Shown here piece by piece: positions 20,901 to 31,500 of a DNA stretch of 64,000 bases; the first letter of the stretch is position 1, and each line of letters opens with the position of its first letter. The translations under genes were made by a program, and so were the position numbers. This DNA comes from TPA_inf: Saccharomyces. Taxonomy: Eukaryota. The stretch is from positions 884,067-948,066 of the forward strand of contig BK006949.2 of NCBI GenBank assembly GCA_000146045.2. The letters are read 5' to 3'. The notes under the pieces were generated by a model. That model was not told the DNA's origin. It made no database searches and saw only the letters and a list, made by a program, of their open reading frames with translations.

Positions 20901-22588
20901 TTAATTACTATAGCGATGAAGCAGGAATCAATGAAGTGCAGAACTGGCTGCGTTCAAGGTTTGATAGAGTGAAAAAGTTACCGAGCTACTTAGTGCCCAG
21001 TTATTTCGCCTTAATTATCGGCATCCTCTATGGTTGTTGTCGCTTAAAAGCAATACAGCTAATGTCCCGTAATATTGGTAAATCTACATTGTTTGTACAA
21101 AGCTTATCTATGACATCAATCCAGATGGTTTCCAGAATGAAGTCAACCTCTATTTTACCAGGCGAAAATGTTCCATCTATGGCTGCAGGGTTGCCACACT
21201 TTAGCGTAAACTACATGAGATGTTGGGGGAGAGATGTATTCATATCGCTAAGAGGTATGCTATTAACAACAGGTAGATTTGATGAAGCTAAAGCTCATAT
21301 ACTAGCCTTTGCAAAGACTTTGAAGCATGGTTTAATTCCAAACTTGCTGGATGCCGGTAGAAACCCGAGATATAATGCTCGTGATGCTGCCTGGTTCTTC
21401 TTGCAAGCTGTACAGGATTATGTTTATATTGTTCCTGATGGCGAAAAAATATTACAAGAGCAAGTAACAAGGAGATTCCCACTGGATGATACTTACATTC
21501 CTGTAGATGATCCAAGGGCATTTAGTTACTCTAGTACCTTGGAGGAGATCATTTATGAAATTTTGAGTAGGCATGCCAAGGGAATTAAATTCAGAGAGGC
21601 TAATGCAGGTCCAAATTTAGATCGTGTTATGACTGATAAAGGGTTTAATGTTGAAATTCATGTCGATTGGTCGACTGGCTTAATTCATGGTGGATCTCAG
21701 TATAACTGTGGTACTTGGATGGATAAGATGGGTGAAAGTGAAAAAGCAGGGTCTGTTGGTATTCCTGGAACACCCAGAGATGGAGCCGCAATAGAAATCA
21801 ATGGGCTTTTAAAAAGTGCTTTAAGGTTTGTTATTGAACTAAAAAACAAGGGATTGTTTAAGTTTTCCGATGTGGAGACGCAGGACGGCGGGAGGATCGA
21901 TTTCACTGAATGGAATCAATTACTTCAAGACAATTTCGAAAAAAGATATTATGTTCCGGAGGATCCATCACAGGATGCAGATTATGACGTGAGCGCTAAA
22001 TTGGGTGTTAATAGACGGGGGATATACAGAGATTTGTACAAATCAGGAAAGCCTTATGAAGATTATCAGTTAAGACCAAATTTTGCTATTGCCATGACTG
22101 TGGCACCAGAGTTATTTGTGCCTGAGCATGCCATAAAAGCAATCACCATTGCAGATGAAGTCTTAAGAGGTCCAGTAGGTATGCGTACTTTAGACCCAAG
22201 CGATTACAATTACCGTCCGTACTACAACAACGGAGAAGATTCGGATGATTTTGCCACCTCAAAGGGTAGAAACTATCACCAAGGCCCTGAGTGGGTCTGG
22301 CTTTACGGCTACTTTTTAAGAGCGTTCCATCATTTCCACTTTAAAACCAGTCCACGTTGTCAGAATGCTGCCAAAGAGAAACCATCCTCTTATTTGTATC
22401 AACAATTATACTACAGATTAAAAGGCCATAGAAAATGGATTTTTGAAAGTGTGTGGGCAGGATTGACAGAGCTAACCAATAAAGATGGTGAAGTATGCAA
22501 TGACTCAAGCCCCACGCAAGCCTGGAGTTCTGCTTGTTTGTTAGATCTATTTTATGATTTATGGGATGCCTACGAAGATGATTCCTGA
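17978..22588 (+). CDS. GDB1: GDB1 (YPR184W), glycogen debranching enzyme (4-alpha-glucanotransferase + amylo-1,6-glucosidase), 1536 aa
   Basis: 1536-aa ORF. N-terminal glucanotransferase catalytic region (DIVFNHTANNSPW, GFRIDNCHSTP) and a C-terminal glucoamylase-like (alpha/alpha)6 domain. Confidence 0.95.
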   Translation: MNRSLLLRLSDTGEPITSCSYGKGVLTLPPIPLPKDAPKDQPLYTVKLLVSAGSPVARDGLVWTNCPPDHNTPFKRDKFYKKIIHSSFHEDDCIDLNVYAPGSYCFYLSFRNDNEKLETTRKYYFVALPMLYINDQFLPLNSIALQSVVSKWLGSDWEPILSKIAAKNYNMVHFTPLQERGESNSPYSIYDQLQFDQEHFKSPEDVKNLVEHIHRDLNMLSLTDIVFNHTANNSPWLVEHPEAGYNHITAPHLISAIELDQELLNFSRNLKSWGYPTELKNIEDLFKIMDGIKVHVLGSLKLWEYYAVNVQTALRDIKAHWNDESNESYSFPENIKDISSDFVKLASFVKDNVTEPNFGTLGERNSNRINVPKFIQLLKLINDGGSDDSESSLATAQNILNEVNLPLYREYDDDVSEILEQLFNRIKYLRLDDGGPKQGPVTVDVPLTEPYFTRFKGKDGTDYALANNGWIWNGNPLVDFASQNSRAYLRREVIVWGDCVKLRYGKSPEDSPYLWERMSKYIEMNAKIFDGFRIDNCHSTPIHVGEYFLDLARKYNPNLYVVAELFSGSETLDCLFVERLGISSLIREAMQAWSEEELSRLVHKHGGRPIGSYKFVPMDDFSYPADINLNEEHCFNDSNDNSIRCVSEIMIPKILTATPPHALFMDCTHDNETPFEKRTVEDTLPNAALVALCSSAIGSVYGYDEIFPHLLNLVTEKRHYDISTPTGSPSIGITKVKATLNSIRTSIGEKAYDIEDSEMHVHHQGQYITFHRMDVKSGKGWYLIARMKFSDNDDPNETLPPVVLNQSTCSLRFSYALERVGDEIPNDDKFIKGIPTKLKELEGFDISYDDSKKISTIKLPNEFPQGSIAIFETQQNGVDESLDHFIRSGALKATSSLTLESINSVLYRSEPEEYDVSAGEGGAYIIPNFGKPVYCGLQGWVSVLRKIVFYNDLAHPLSANLRNGHWALDYTISRLNYYSDEAGINEVQNWLRSRFDRVKKLPSYLVPSYFALIIGILYGCCRLKAIQLMSRNIGKSTLFVQSLSMTSIQMVSRMKSTSILPGENVPSMAAGLPHFSVNYMRCWGRDVFISLRGMLLTTGRFDEAKAHILAFAKTLKHGLIPNLLDAGRNPRYNARDAAWFFLQAVQDYVYIVPDGEKILQEQVTRRFPLDDTYIPVDDPRAFSYSSTLEEIIYEILSRHAKGIKFREANAGPNLDRVMTDKGFNVEIHVDWSTGLIHGGSQYNCGTWMDKMGESEKAGSVGIPGTPRDGAAIEINGLLKSALRFVIELKNKGLFKFSDVETQDGGRIDFTEWNQLLQDNFEKRYYVPEDPSQDADYDVSAKLGVNRRGIYRDLYKSGKPYEDYQLRPNFAIAMTVAPELFVPEHAIKAITIADEVLRGPVGMRTLDPSDYNYRPYYNNGEDSDDFATSKGRNYHQGPEWVWLYGYFLRAFHHFHFKTSPRCQNAAKEKPSSYLYQQLYYRLKGHRKWIFESVWAGLTELTNKDGEVCNDSSPTQAWSSACLLDLFYDLWDAYEDDS

Positions 22589-23151
22589 AAATAGCTAAAG
22601 CATAAATTAATTGAACGGTCCCTTTTTGCCACCCGCTAATACTTTTATTTCTGTTCAACTATATATACATATATATATATTTACATATTTTTACCTCCCT
22701 ATCTCTATTGATAATAAAACAAATAAAAATCGTATATTTTTGTATATGTATTATCGTTTTGAGGAGCGAGAGCGAAAACGAAAATAAAAGAAATAAAGGG
22801 AACACACGTGAAAGTGAAGGACAGCACCAACCAAGGGGGACAAAACGCGTCAGAGCAAGAGGTGAAAGGGTTGCCACGTACGTATTTGAACCGGAGTGAG
22901 CCGTTTGCGTGTTACAATCAATTCGATATCTTTGTTGTTTTGTTTAATTCGCTAAGATCTAAGTTTTTAACTAAGTGAGCAGCGGCAGTTACAGAAAGAG
23001 GCGAGAAGTAGAAACAAGGGTGTATAGATTTTCGTTACCTCACATAGATATAGAACGAATTCATAGGTACCAAATACATTCCACTTACACCTTCCAGGCT
23101 CAAGTCTTGAAAAGAAAGCAGAACATACAGCCCGGTTGAATAGCATGAGTC

Positions 23152-25368
23152 ATGGTTGCCGAAGAGGACATCGAGAAGCAAGTCCTTCAATTGATAGACA
23201 GCTTTTTTCTGAAGACTACACTACTAATATGCTCCACCGAATCAAGTCGATACCAGTCTTCTACAGAAAATATATTCCTATTTGACGACACATGGTTTGA
23301 AGATCACTCAGAATTAGTGAGTGAGCTACCCGAGATAATATCAAAATGGTCTCACTACGATGGTCGAAAAGAGTTGCCACCCTTAGTGGTAGAGACATAT
23401 TTGGATTTAAGACAGTTAAACTCGTCTCATTTAGTTAGATTAAAGGACCACGAAGGCCATTTGTGGAACGTTTGCAAAGGAACTAAGAAGCAGGAAATCG
23501 TGATGGAACGTTGGCTTATCGAATTAGATAATTCATCCCCAACTTTCAAATCATACAGTGAAGATGAGACTGATGTTAATGAACTTTCTAAACAGCTAGT
23601 CCTTCTCTTCCGTTATTTGTTGACTTTAATACAGTTACTACCCACAACAGAATTATACCAATTATTAATAAAGTCTTATAACGGCCCGCAAAATGAAGGA
23701 AGTTCCAATCCAATAACTTCCACGGGCCCACTAGTAAGTATCCGGACGTGTGTCCTTGACGGATCTAAACCAATTTTATCGAAGGGGAGAATAGGGTTGA
23801 GCAAACCGATTATTAATACATATTCCAATGCGCTTAACGAATCAAACCTGCCAGCCCATTTAGATCAAAAGAAGATCACACCTGTATGGACAAAGTTTGG
23901 ACTCTTAAGAGTCTCGGTATCATACAGACGTGATTGGAAGTTTGAAATTAACAATACAAACGACGAATTATTTTCAGCTCGACATGCATCTGTCTCACAT
24001 AACTCACAAGGACCCCAGAATCAGCCAGAACAAGAAGGACAAAGTGATCAAGACATAGGGAAACGCCAACCACAATTTCAACAGCAGCAGCAGCCCCAAC
24101 AGCAGCAGCAGCAGCAGCAACAGCAACAGAGACAACACCAGGTCCAGACACAACAACAAAGACAGATACCTGATAGGAGATCTCTTTCACTTTCTCCTTG
24201 TACAAGAGCCAATTCTTTTGAACCACAATCTTGGCAGAAGAAAGTCTATCCAATATCGAGACCTGTTCAACCATTTAAAGTTGGTTCAATTGGAAGTCAA
24301 AGTGCGAGCAGAAATCCCTCTAATTCATCGTTTTTCAACCAACCACCTGTTCATAGGCCAAGTATGAGCTCCAACTACGGGCCACAAATGAATATTGAAG
24401 GTACCAGTGTTGGAAGCACCTCAAAGTATTCCTCCTCCTTTGGGAACATTCGTCGTCACTCAAGTGTAAAGACGACAGAGAATGCTGAAAAAGTATCAAA
24501 AGCTGTAAAGAGCCCACTACAACCTCAAGAATCACAAGAAGATTTAATGGATTTTGTTAAATTACTCGAAGAAAAACCCGATCTAACTATAAAGAAGACA
24601 AGTGGAAATAATCCACCCAATATCAATATTTCTGATTCTCTAATCAGATATCAGAATTTGAAGCCAAGTAATGACTTATTAAGTGAAGATTTATCCGTAA
24701 GTTTATCCATGGATCCAAATCATACATATCACAGAGGCAGATCAGATTCCCACTCACCATTGCCTTCAATATCCCCTTCGATGCATTATGGATCGTTGAA
24801 CTCGAGAATGTCTCAAGGCGCCAATGCAAGCCATTTGATTGCAAGAGGCGGTGGGAATTCATCTACTAGTGCCTTGAATAGTAGAAGGAATTCTTTAGAT
24901 AAGAGCTCAAACAAGCAGGGTATGTCAGGCTTACCTCCTATTTTTGGTGGAGAGAGTACTTCATATCACCACGACAACAAAATACAAAAGTACAACCAAT
25001 TAGGAGTAGAAGAAGATGATGATGACGAGAATGACCGTTTGCTCAACCAAATGGGAAACAGTGCTACAAAATTCAAAAGTTCAATATCTCCAAGATCAAT
25101 TGATAGCATTTCAAGTTCTTTCATAAAAAGTAGGATACCTATCAGACAACCATACCATTACTCTCAACCAACTACTGCGCCCTTTCAAGCTCAGGCGAAA
25201 TTTCATAAACCTGCAAATAAGTTAATCGATAATGGTAATAGGAGTAATAGTAACAATAACAATCATAATGGGAATGATGCAGTTGGTGTGATGCATAATG
25301 ACGAGGATGATCAAGATGATGATCTAGTATTTTTCATGAGTGATATGAACCTTTCTAAAGAAGGTTAA
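23152..25368 (+). CDS. ATG13: ATG13 (YPR185W), autophagy Atg1-kinase complex regulatory subunit, 738 aa
   Basis: 738-aa ORF with an N-terminal HORMA-like region and a long S/N/Q-rich disordered C-terminus carrying a poly-Q run. Confidence 0.9.
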   Translation: MVAEEDIEKQVLQLIDSFFLKTTLLICSTESSRYQSSTENIFLFDDTWFEDHSELVSELPEIISKWSHYDGRKELPPLVVETYLDLRQLNSSHLVRLKDHEGHLWNVCKGTKKQEIVMERWLIELDNSSPTFKSYSEDETDVNELSKQLVLLFRYLLTLIQLLPTTELYQLLIKSYNGPQNEGSSNPITSTGPLVSIRTCVLDGSKPILSKGRIGLSKPIINTYSNALNESNLPAHLDQKKITPVWTKFGLLRVSVSYRRDWKFEINNTNDELFSARHASVSHNSQGPQNQPEQEGQSDQDIGKRQPQFQQQQQPQQQQQQQQQQQRQHQVQTQQQRQIPDRRSLSLSPCTRANSFEPQSWQKKVYPISRPVQPFKVGSIGSQSASRNPSNSSFFNQPPVHRPSMSSNYGPQMNIEGTSVGSTSKYSSSFGNIRRHSSVKTTENAEKVSKAVKSPLQPQESQEDLMDFVKLLEEKPDLTIKKTSGNNPPNINISDSLIRYQNLKPSNDLLSEDLSVSLSMDPNHTYHRGRSDSHSPLPSISPSMHYGSLNSRMSQGANASHLIARGGGNSSTSALNSRRNSLDKSSNKQGMSGLPPIFGGESTSYHHDNKIQKYNQLGVEEDDDDENDRLLNQMGNSATKFKSSISPRSIDSISSSFIKSRIPIRQPYHYSQPTTAPFQAQAKFHKPANKLIDNGNRSNSNNNNHNGNDAVGVMHNDEDDQDDDLVFFMSDMNLSKEG
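24078..24130 (+). repeat. Imperfect CAG/CAA repeat encoding a poly-glutamine stretch (QQQQQPQQQQQQQQQQRQHQ) inside ATG13
   Basis: Directly visible run: caacagcagcagcagccccaacagcagcagcagcagcagcaacagcaacag. Confidence 0.9.
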
Positions 25369-25666
25369 AAATGGTAAAGTTTTATTTTAAAGGGCACAAC
25401 TAAAGAAAAATAATCAAAAAAAAGGTGAAATAGATATGCAAGAAAAGAAAAAAAAATACAATACTAGTAAACTGAAATAAAAAAGATTAGCCATAATGGA
25501 TTTGTTTCTCTTTGTTATCGATATTCTTACCTCTTGAAGATCCATGTGTCTATCATTTGAATTGAATATATAATTATATACAGTGAGATATACCAATTGC
25601 AGTAACAAAATGGCAAATATGTATATCAGTAATATAATTAGCATATAAAATAAAAAAAAAAAATGC

Positions 25667-26956
25667 TTATTTGTCACCCGCTGACTGCGTTTCCTTTTGA
25701 ATTATAAAAGGTTCCTTATGGTTCTGGTCCACTAGCGTTTTATTTTCTTCCTTTTCCTGTAATATTTTTAACTTTAGCTCATGTACTTTGTGCTTGTCTA
25801 TATGTTTCTCGTATTTTTCCTTTGTCTTGAAAGTCCTAGAACAATTATTGTAAAAGCATCTGTATTTTCTTCCAACGGTATTCAATAAAAGGTTTAGCCC
25901 ATTTTCACCAGACTCAAGTCGCTTTTCTAAATCCACTTCATTCTGTAAAAACTCTACATTATTGTTTTCGGTAAGTTTTCTCCTTTTCCTCAACCTATTG
26001 GAAATCTTCTCTTCATCCTGCTCATTCGAGTGTTTGCTATTCCCCAGTTGAACTCCGTGGTCTTGGACAAGTTGTTGAATATCAGAAATTTTATATTTTA
26101 GTTCCAGTGGGATATCTTCTTCCGTATGAATAGACCCATAATGCGTGAGAAGATCATGTTTTCTAGAAAAAGACATATCAGGACATATATGACACTTCCA
26201 ATTTTTGGTTACTAGTGAGTCGTCATGAATAATCATGTGCATTTGTAAACCATTTTCCCCCACACATGGTTTGCTACAAATAGGACATTTTAATTTAGGA
26301 TGATCATTTTTTATATGCGATTGCAATTGTGACCATATCCGAAACTCTTTGCAACAACCAGCAAAAGTACATTGGTAAGGATTTTCTACCTCAGGATCGT
26401 GATGTTTAGAAATGTGATTTCTTAGCCTATATGGCCTCTGAAAGCTTTTATTGCAGTGTGGACAGGTTAGTTTATGTAAATGAACAGATAAAATATGTGC
26501 CCTTAATTGTGGATGCTTGTAGAATCGGAGGTTGCATCCTTCCTCTGGACAAATGAAAGATTTGGTATGCGTTACTTCGTGTCGCTTCAGTTGCTGGCGA
26601 GTCGTCACTCCTTTTCCACAATAAGAACATTGGAATGGTTTCGTATCAGAATGCGTATACAAGTGTCTCTCTAAGTGACTCTTTTTAACGAAGGATTTTG
26701 CACACTTATCACACTGAAATGCTCTTAAACCCTGATGTACGCTTAATTGGTGTTCAGTCAAAATTGAAGGTCTTGTAAATGCCTTATCACAGCCATCATA
26801 GTCACAGAAATATGTCTTTGGCCTATTGCTCGATGAGCTTCTAGTTGATGTTAAACTGTTCAATGATTCTGAACTCTCTGATCGTGATATGGGAATGGTC
26901 TCCTGTTTAAGTTCGGCCAGTGGCATTCCTTCATTATTTAGAACCTCTCCTCCCAT
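25667..26956 (-). CDS. PZF1: PZF1 (YPR186C), TFIIIA, nine C2H2 zinc fingers, 429 aa
   Basis: Repeated C-x2-4-C … H-x3-4-H fingers (CDYDGCDKAFTRPSILTEHQLSVH, CDKCAKSFVKKSHLERHLYTH, etc.); 429 aa. Confidence 0.92.
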   Translation of the reverse strand: MGGEVLNNEGMPLAELKQETIPISRSESSESLNSLTSTRSSSSNRPKTYFCDYDGCDKAFTRPSILTEHQLSVHQGLRAFQCDKCAKSFVKKSHLERHLYTHSDTKPFQCSYCGKGVTTRQQLKRHEVTHTKSFICPEEGCNLRFYKHPQLRAHILSVHLHKLTCPHCNKSFQRPYRLRNHISKHHDPEVENPYQCTFAGCCKEFRIWSQLQSHIKNDHPKLKCPICSKPCVGENGLQMHMIIHDDSLVTKNWKCHICPDMSFSRKHDLLTHYGSIHTEEDIPLELKYKISDIQQLVQDHGVQLGNSKHSNEQDEEKISNRLRKRRKLTENNNVEFLQNEVDLEKRLESGENGLNLLLNTVGRKYRCFYNNCSRTFKTKEKYEKHIDKHKVHELKLKILQEKEENKTLVDQNHKEPFIIQKETQSAGDK

Positions 26957-27061
26957 TTGACAGCGATTTCAACAGTTACTACTGTGCTTAATGCCCTTAT
27001 TTGATAGTTAGTTCTTCTTATAATAAATAATCATTGTATATTGATTATTCGTATAGTATGA

Positions 27062-27083
27062 TATTTAATTGAAAAAAAAATTT
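27062..27083. promoter_or_regulatory. A9T13 poly(dA:dT) tract in the PZF1-RPO26 divergent promoter, a likely nucleosome-excluding element
   Basis: Sequence gaaaaaaaaattttttttttttt lies ~110 bp upstream of the RPO26 ATG. A T-rich element is a known component of the RPO26 promoter. Confidence 0.6.
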
Positions 27084-27190
27084 TTTTTTTTTTAAGAATA
27101 TCATTCAAAGGCATCAATCACAACCTTGAAGAAAGGCTAAAAAGACACATTTTGCAGGTAACAGTGTAAAGATTAAGGCTACAAGTGATC

Positions 27191-27734
27191 ATGTCAGACT
27201 ACGAGGAGGCGTATGTGCATTCATATTGGAGAAATTGCGTGCTTTAGTTTTAATTATATTTACTAACTTCTATCATTGTGATACAGGTTTAACGACGGTA
27301 ATGAGAACTTCGAAGATTTTGATGTAGAGCATTTTTCTGATGAGGAGACTTATGAGGAAAAACCTCAATTCAAGGATGGTGAAACAACCGATGCCAACGG
27401 TAAGACCATCGTTACTGGTGGTAATGGCCCAGAAGATTTTCAACAGCATGAGCAAATAAGAAGAAAGACACTTAAGGAAAAGGCCATCCCAAAAGACCAA
27501 AGAGCAACTACTCCATACATGACCAAATATGAAAGGGCAAGAATTTTAGGTACAAGAGCCCTACAAATTTCCATGAATGCGCCAGTTTTTGTAGATTTAG
27601 AAGGTGAAACTGATCCATTGCGTATTGCCATGAAGGAGTTGGCTGAAAAGAAAATTCCTTTGGTTATTAGAAGATATTTACCAGATGGTTCCTTTGAGGA
27701 CTGGAGTGTGGAGGAACTCATTGTGGATTTGTGA
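27191..27734 (+). CDS. RPO26: RPO26 (YPR187W), RNA polymerase I/II/III common subunit Rpb6 (ABC23), 155 aa; spliced: join(27191..27210, 27287..27734)
   Basis: Exon 1 is atgtcagactacgaggaggc (MSDYEEA). The 5' splice site GTATGT is at 27211, the branch point TACTAAC at 27261-27267, and the 3' splice site ends at atacAG 27286. The spliced product [27 protein letters not shown]…[10 protein letters not shown] matches Rpb6, with the acidic N-terminus and conserved C-terminal core. Confidence 0.92.
27211..27286 (+). other. RPO26: RPO26 intron (76 nt), canonical GTATGT…TACTAAC…AG
   Basis: Canonical yeast splice signals are visible. Removing the intron restores the known Rpb6 reading frame. Confidence 0.9.
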
Positions 27735-27921
27735 TTACACCTGCATTTTCCTTTATGTGTATTTGCTTTGTTTGTATATTATTATAACTATAAAGAACGA
27801 TTTATTTTGTAATGCAAATAACTGGACGAGAGAACCACGCTATAACCTATTTGGTAATAAAAATGTTTGTATGAATAAAAAAGCTGCTGACTGCTTTCTT
27901 TGATATGTGTATATAGAATAT

Positions 27922-28413
27922 TTAATCGGTGATTGAATCTAAGAAAAGCTTACCTCTGAAAGTTCTCTCTTCGGTCGCTTGCTGATTTGTAGTAAACAAT
28001 TTGAAAAGTTTAGCAAATTCTTCCTCAGGATTTTCAAAACCGGCTTCCTTTAAAGAATCAATGACCTCATTCAAGGGAACGTTTAAATCGTGTCCTCTTC
28101 CAATGGCTTTTAAACTTTCTTCCAATTCTTCACGCTCGGGAAACTGCGATAAGTTCTTCCCCATGATAGATAAGAATATGGGAAAGCTTACACCTTCTTC
28201 TCCAACTTCCGCGGTACTGGTGTCATTGTCAGGTACCATTTTGGACCATTCCTCATCTGTCAATGTCTTCCCCAATGTTGCATATATCTTGGTAAGATCT
28301 CCCCTACTAATCAGACCATCCTCATCCTCATCCAGCATTTGGAAAGCATCTTTGAGTTTATTTATGTAGTCCTGCGTAAGTTGGTTAAACGTTAGCGATT
28401 CACTATGGTCCAT
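27922..28413 (-). CDS. MLC2: MLC2 (YPR188C), regulatory light chain for type II myosin Myo1 (EF-hand), 163 aa
   Basis: N-terminus MDHSESLTFNQLTQDYINKLKDAF (ORF-track adds 7 codons). EF-hand loop DEDEDGLISRGDL. Confidence 0.85.
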   Translation of the reverse strand: MDHSESLTFNQLTQDYINKLKDAFQMLDEDEDGLISRGDLTKIYATLGKTLTDEEWSKMVPDNDTSTAEVGEEGVSFPIFLSIMGKNLSQFPEREELEESLKAIGRGHDLNVPLNEVIDSLKEAGFENPEEEFAKLFKLFTTNQQATEERTFRGKLFLDSITD

Positions 28414-28597
28414 ATCTACTTCAAGTTTGCTCAATAAACGATTCGAAATTACTCTTTTCTTAGCTGTGCATTGTATAGTTTAGAAATACGAGAAATGTAA
28501 AAAAAAAAATAAAGTTGGAAAACAACTAACTAATAAAACTTTCTTGTCAAGAAAGACACTAAGAACACAGAAAAGAAACACGAAGAGCAGAGGAAAT

Positions 28598-31500
28598 ATG
28601 TCGGATATTAAACAGCTATTGAAGGAAGCCAAACAAGAATTGACAAATCGTGACTATGAAGAGACCATCGAAATATCGGAAAAGGTTCTTAAACTAGATC
28701 CCGATAATTATTTCGCACATATTTTTCTAGGGAAAGCACTTTCGAGTCTTCCAGCTAGTAATAATGTCAGTTCAAATCGGAACCTGGAGAGAGCTACTAA
28801 TCATTACGTGTCCGCTGCCAAATTAGTTCCTGATAACCTTTTAGCGTGGAAAGGACTTTTTCTCTTATTTAGAACCACTGAGGTTGTCCCAGACATACTT
28901 TCGTATGATGAATATTTTGACCTGTGTGGCCAATATGCAGACGCACTTTTAAAGCAGGAACAGTCTCAAGTAGAACTAATAAATGACATAAAATTACTAA
29001 AGAAAACGCATCCAGATTGTCAAAAAGCCTTTTATCAGCATTTGAAACCTGGGTCGCTAATGGCGGAAACTATTGGTCGTCATCTATCTACACCCCAGGA
29101 CGCTTTATTAAATCTTATAAAGATACTGTCTAATATTGAAACAACGGAAATAGGTAAGACCCTTAGTCAGAACAGGTTAAAACTAAAAGCTAGTGATCCT
29201 GATTATCAAATTAAACTAAATTCATTCTCCTGGGAAATAATTAAAAATTCAGAAATTGATCAGTTATACAACCAGTTGGTAAATATTCTCGCTGACGATC
29301 AAAAGAGAAGTGAAATTGAGAACCAGTGGTTAGAATATAGAATCAAAGTGCTAAAATCAATGCCGCTGGATGTAAAAAAAGATTTTTTCACGAAAGTTAA
29401 GGAAATGGTCGAGGATATGGTTCTTGTGAATCATCAATCTTTGCTTGCATGGCAAAAGTATTTCGAATGGACAGATTACGAAGATCTGGACAACATGGAT
29501 GCCCCATTGATAATAAAGTACTTTAAGAAATTTCCTAAAGATCCATTGGCCATGATCCTCTATTCCTGGCTTTCCTCAAAACTATCGAAATATGATATTA
29601 AAAGTTTGGAATCGGCTAATAAACCACCTGAAGGCCATAAAAAGACGGAGAAGGAAACAGATATTAAGGATGTAGATGAGACAAATGAAGATGAAGTTAA
29701 AGATCGCGTTGAAGATGAAGTTAAAGATCGTGTTGAAGATGAAGTCAAAGATCAAGATGAGGAGGCAAAGGAAGATGAAGAAGAAGACCTTGATGATATA
29801 GAAATTGGTTTATTAGAGGAAGAGGTTGTCACTGTATTGACGGAGAATATCGTAAAATGTAAAAATAATATCTTAGCGCATCGCATTCTTTGTCAATATT
29901 ACCTACTGACCAAGGAGTATGAGGCAGCTTTACCATACATCAAAAATGGTATTTCTTTAATTGCCTATAATATAAAGGACCTGGGGGTACATTTGCCATT
30001 AACAAAAAGAGAATTTTCTCTGGATTTGGCTACCGTTTATACATATGTCGATGCCCCAAAGGACCACAATGCTGCATTAAAGTTATATGATAACATTTTA
30101 TCCGGTGATTTTAGTAATATACAAGCAAAAATGGGCAAAGGTATAATTTTTATTGAAAGGAAAAATTGGAAGGATGCTATGACATTACTAACACAGGTGC
30201 ATGAACAATCGCCTAATAATCTGGAAGTTTTATCTGAACTGTCATGGAGTAAAGCCCATATGGGTTATATGGACGAGGCATTAGCTGGCTTAGATACTGT
30301 CATCAAGGGTATCAAAGGTATGGATTTACGTTCGATAGATTTCAGAGCATTAAACTTATGGAGGCAAGCCAAAGTTTACATTATGAAGCATGCTTCCATT
30401 AACGATGCTAAACAGGAAAACGTCAAGTGCGCATTCAAATTACTCATTCAGAGTATTAAAATATTGGACACTTTTGCTCCCGGATTTTCGACACTGGGCG
30501 ATATTTATTGCCACTATTATAAAGACCATTTGAGGGCCTTCAAATGTTATTTCAAAGCTTTCGATCTGGATGCGGGGGATTACACAGCAGCGAAGTATAT
30601 TACCGAAACTTATGCAAGCAAGCCCAATTGGCAAGCTGCTTCTTCCATCGCTTCAAGATTAATTAAAGGTGAAAAAGCAAAGGCAGAACTGCGCTCAAAT
30701 AACTGGCCCTTTAGGGTCGTAGGGATTGCTCATTTGGAAAAGCAAGAAGAAAGTGATTCTATTGAGTGGTTTCAATCTGCTTTACGTGTTGATCCAAATG
30801 ATGTAGAGTCATGGGTGGGCCTGGGACAAGCATACCACGCGTGTGGTCGTATAGAAGCATCTATCAAAGTTTTTGACAAGGCAATTCAATTAAGGCCCTC
30901 TCATACTTTTGCCCAATACTTTAAAGCTATTTCTCTATGTGACGTAGGTGAATATCTTGAAAGTTTAGACATTCTGGAAAAGGTATGTCAAGAAGCCGCT
31001 ACAGAAGAGTCATTCCAAATTGGTTTAGTGGAAGTGCTTATGAGATGTTCCTTGGATTTATATTCGCAAGGGTTCTTGCTCAAATCAGTTTCAATTGCAA
31101 AGGACACTATTGAACGGATCAAGATAATTATCAGTGAATTAAAATGTGAGAACCAACAGGTTTGGATCTACCTTTCACAAGTACTGAGATTATTTATTTG
31201 GATAGAGTCAAAGGTTGATACTTTACCTGTTGAATCACTAGTATCAATTTTTGAAAATTCTCAATTTTCTGGTAGTGAAGAAATTGATTCTGTCGACAAT
31301 ATCAAAATCGATACTTTACTCGATAGCACTACTGATGATAATGTGTCCATTGCGTGCAAGTTTTTGATCTTAGCTTCAAAATATAGTGTTTCGGATCAAA
31401 AATTTACAGATATAGCAGGAACGGTCAGGGCCTCATACTGGTATAATATAGGTATCTCAGAGCTTACTGCTTTCATAACATTGAAAGAACCGCAGTATAG

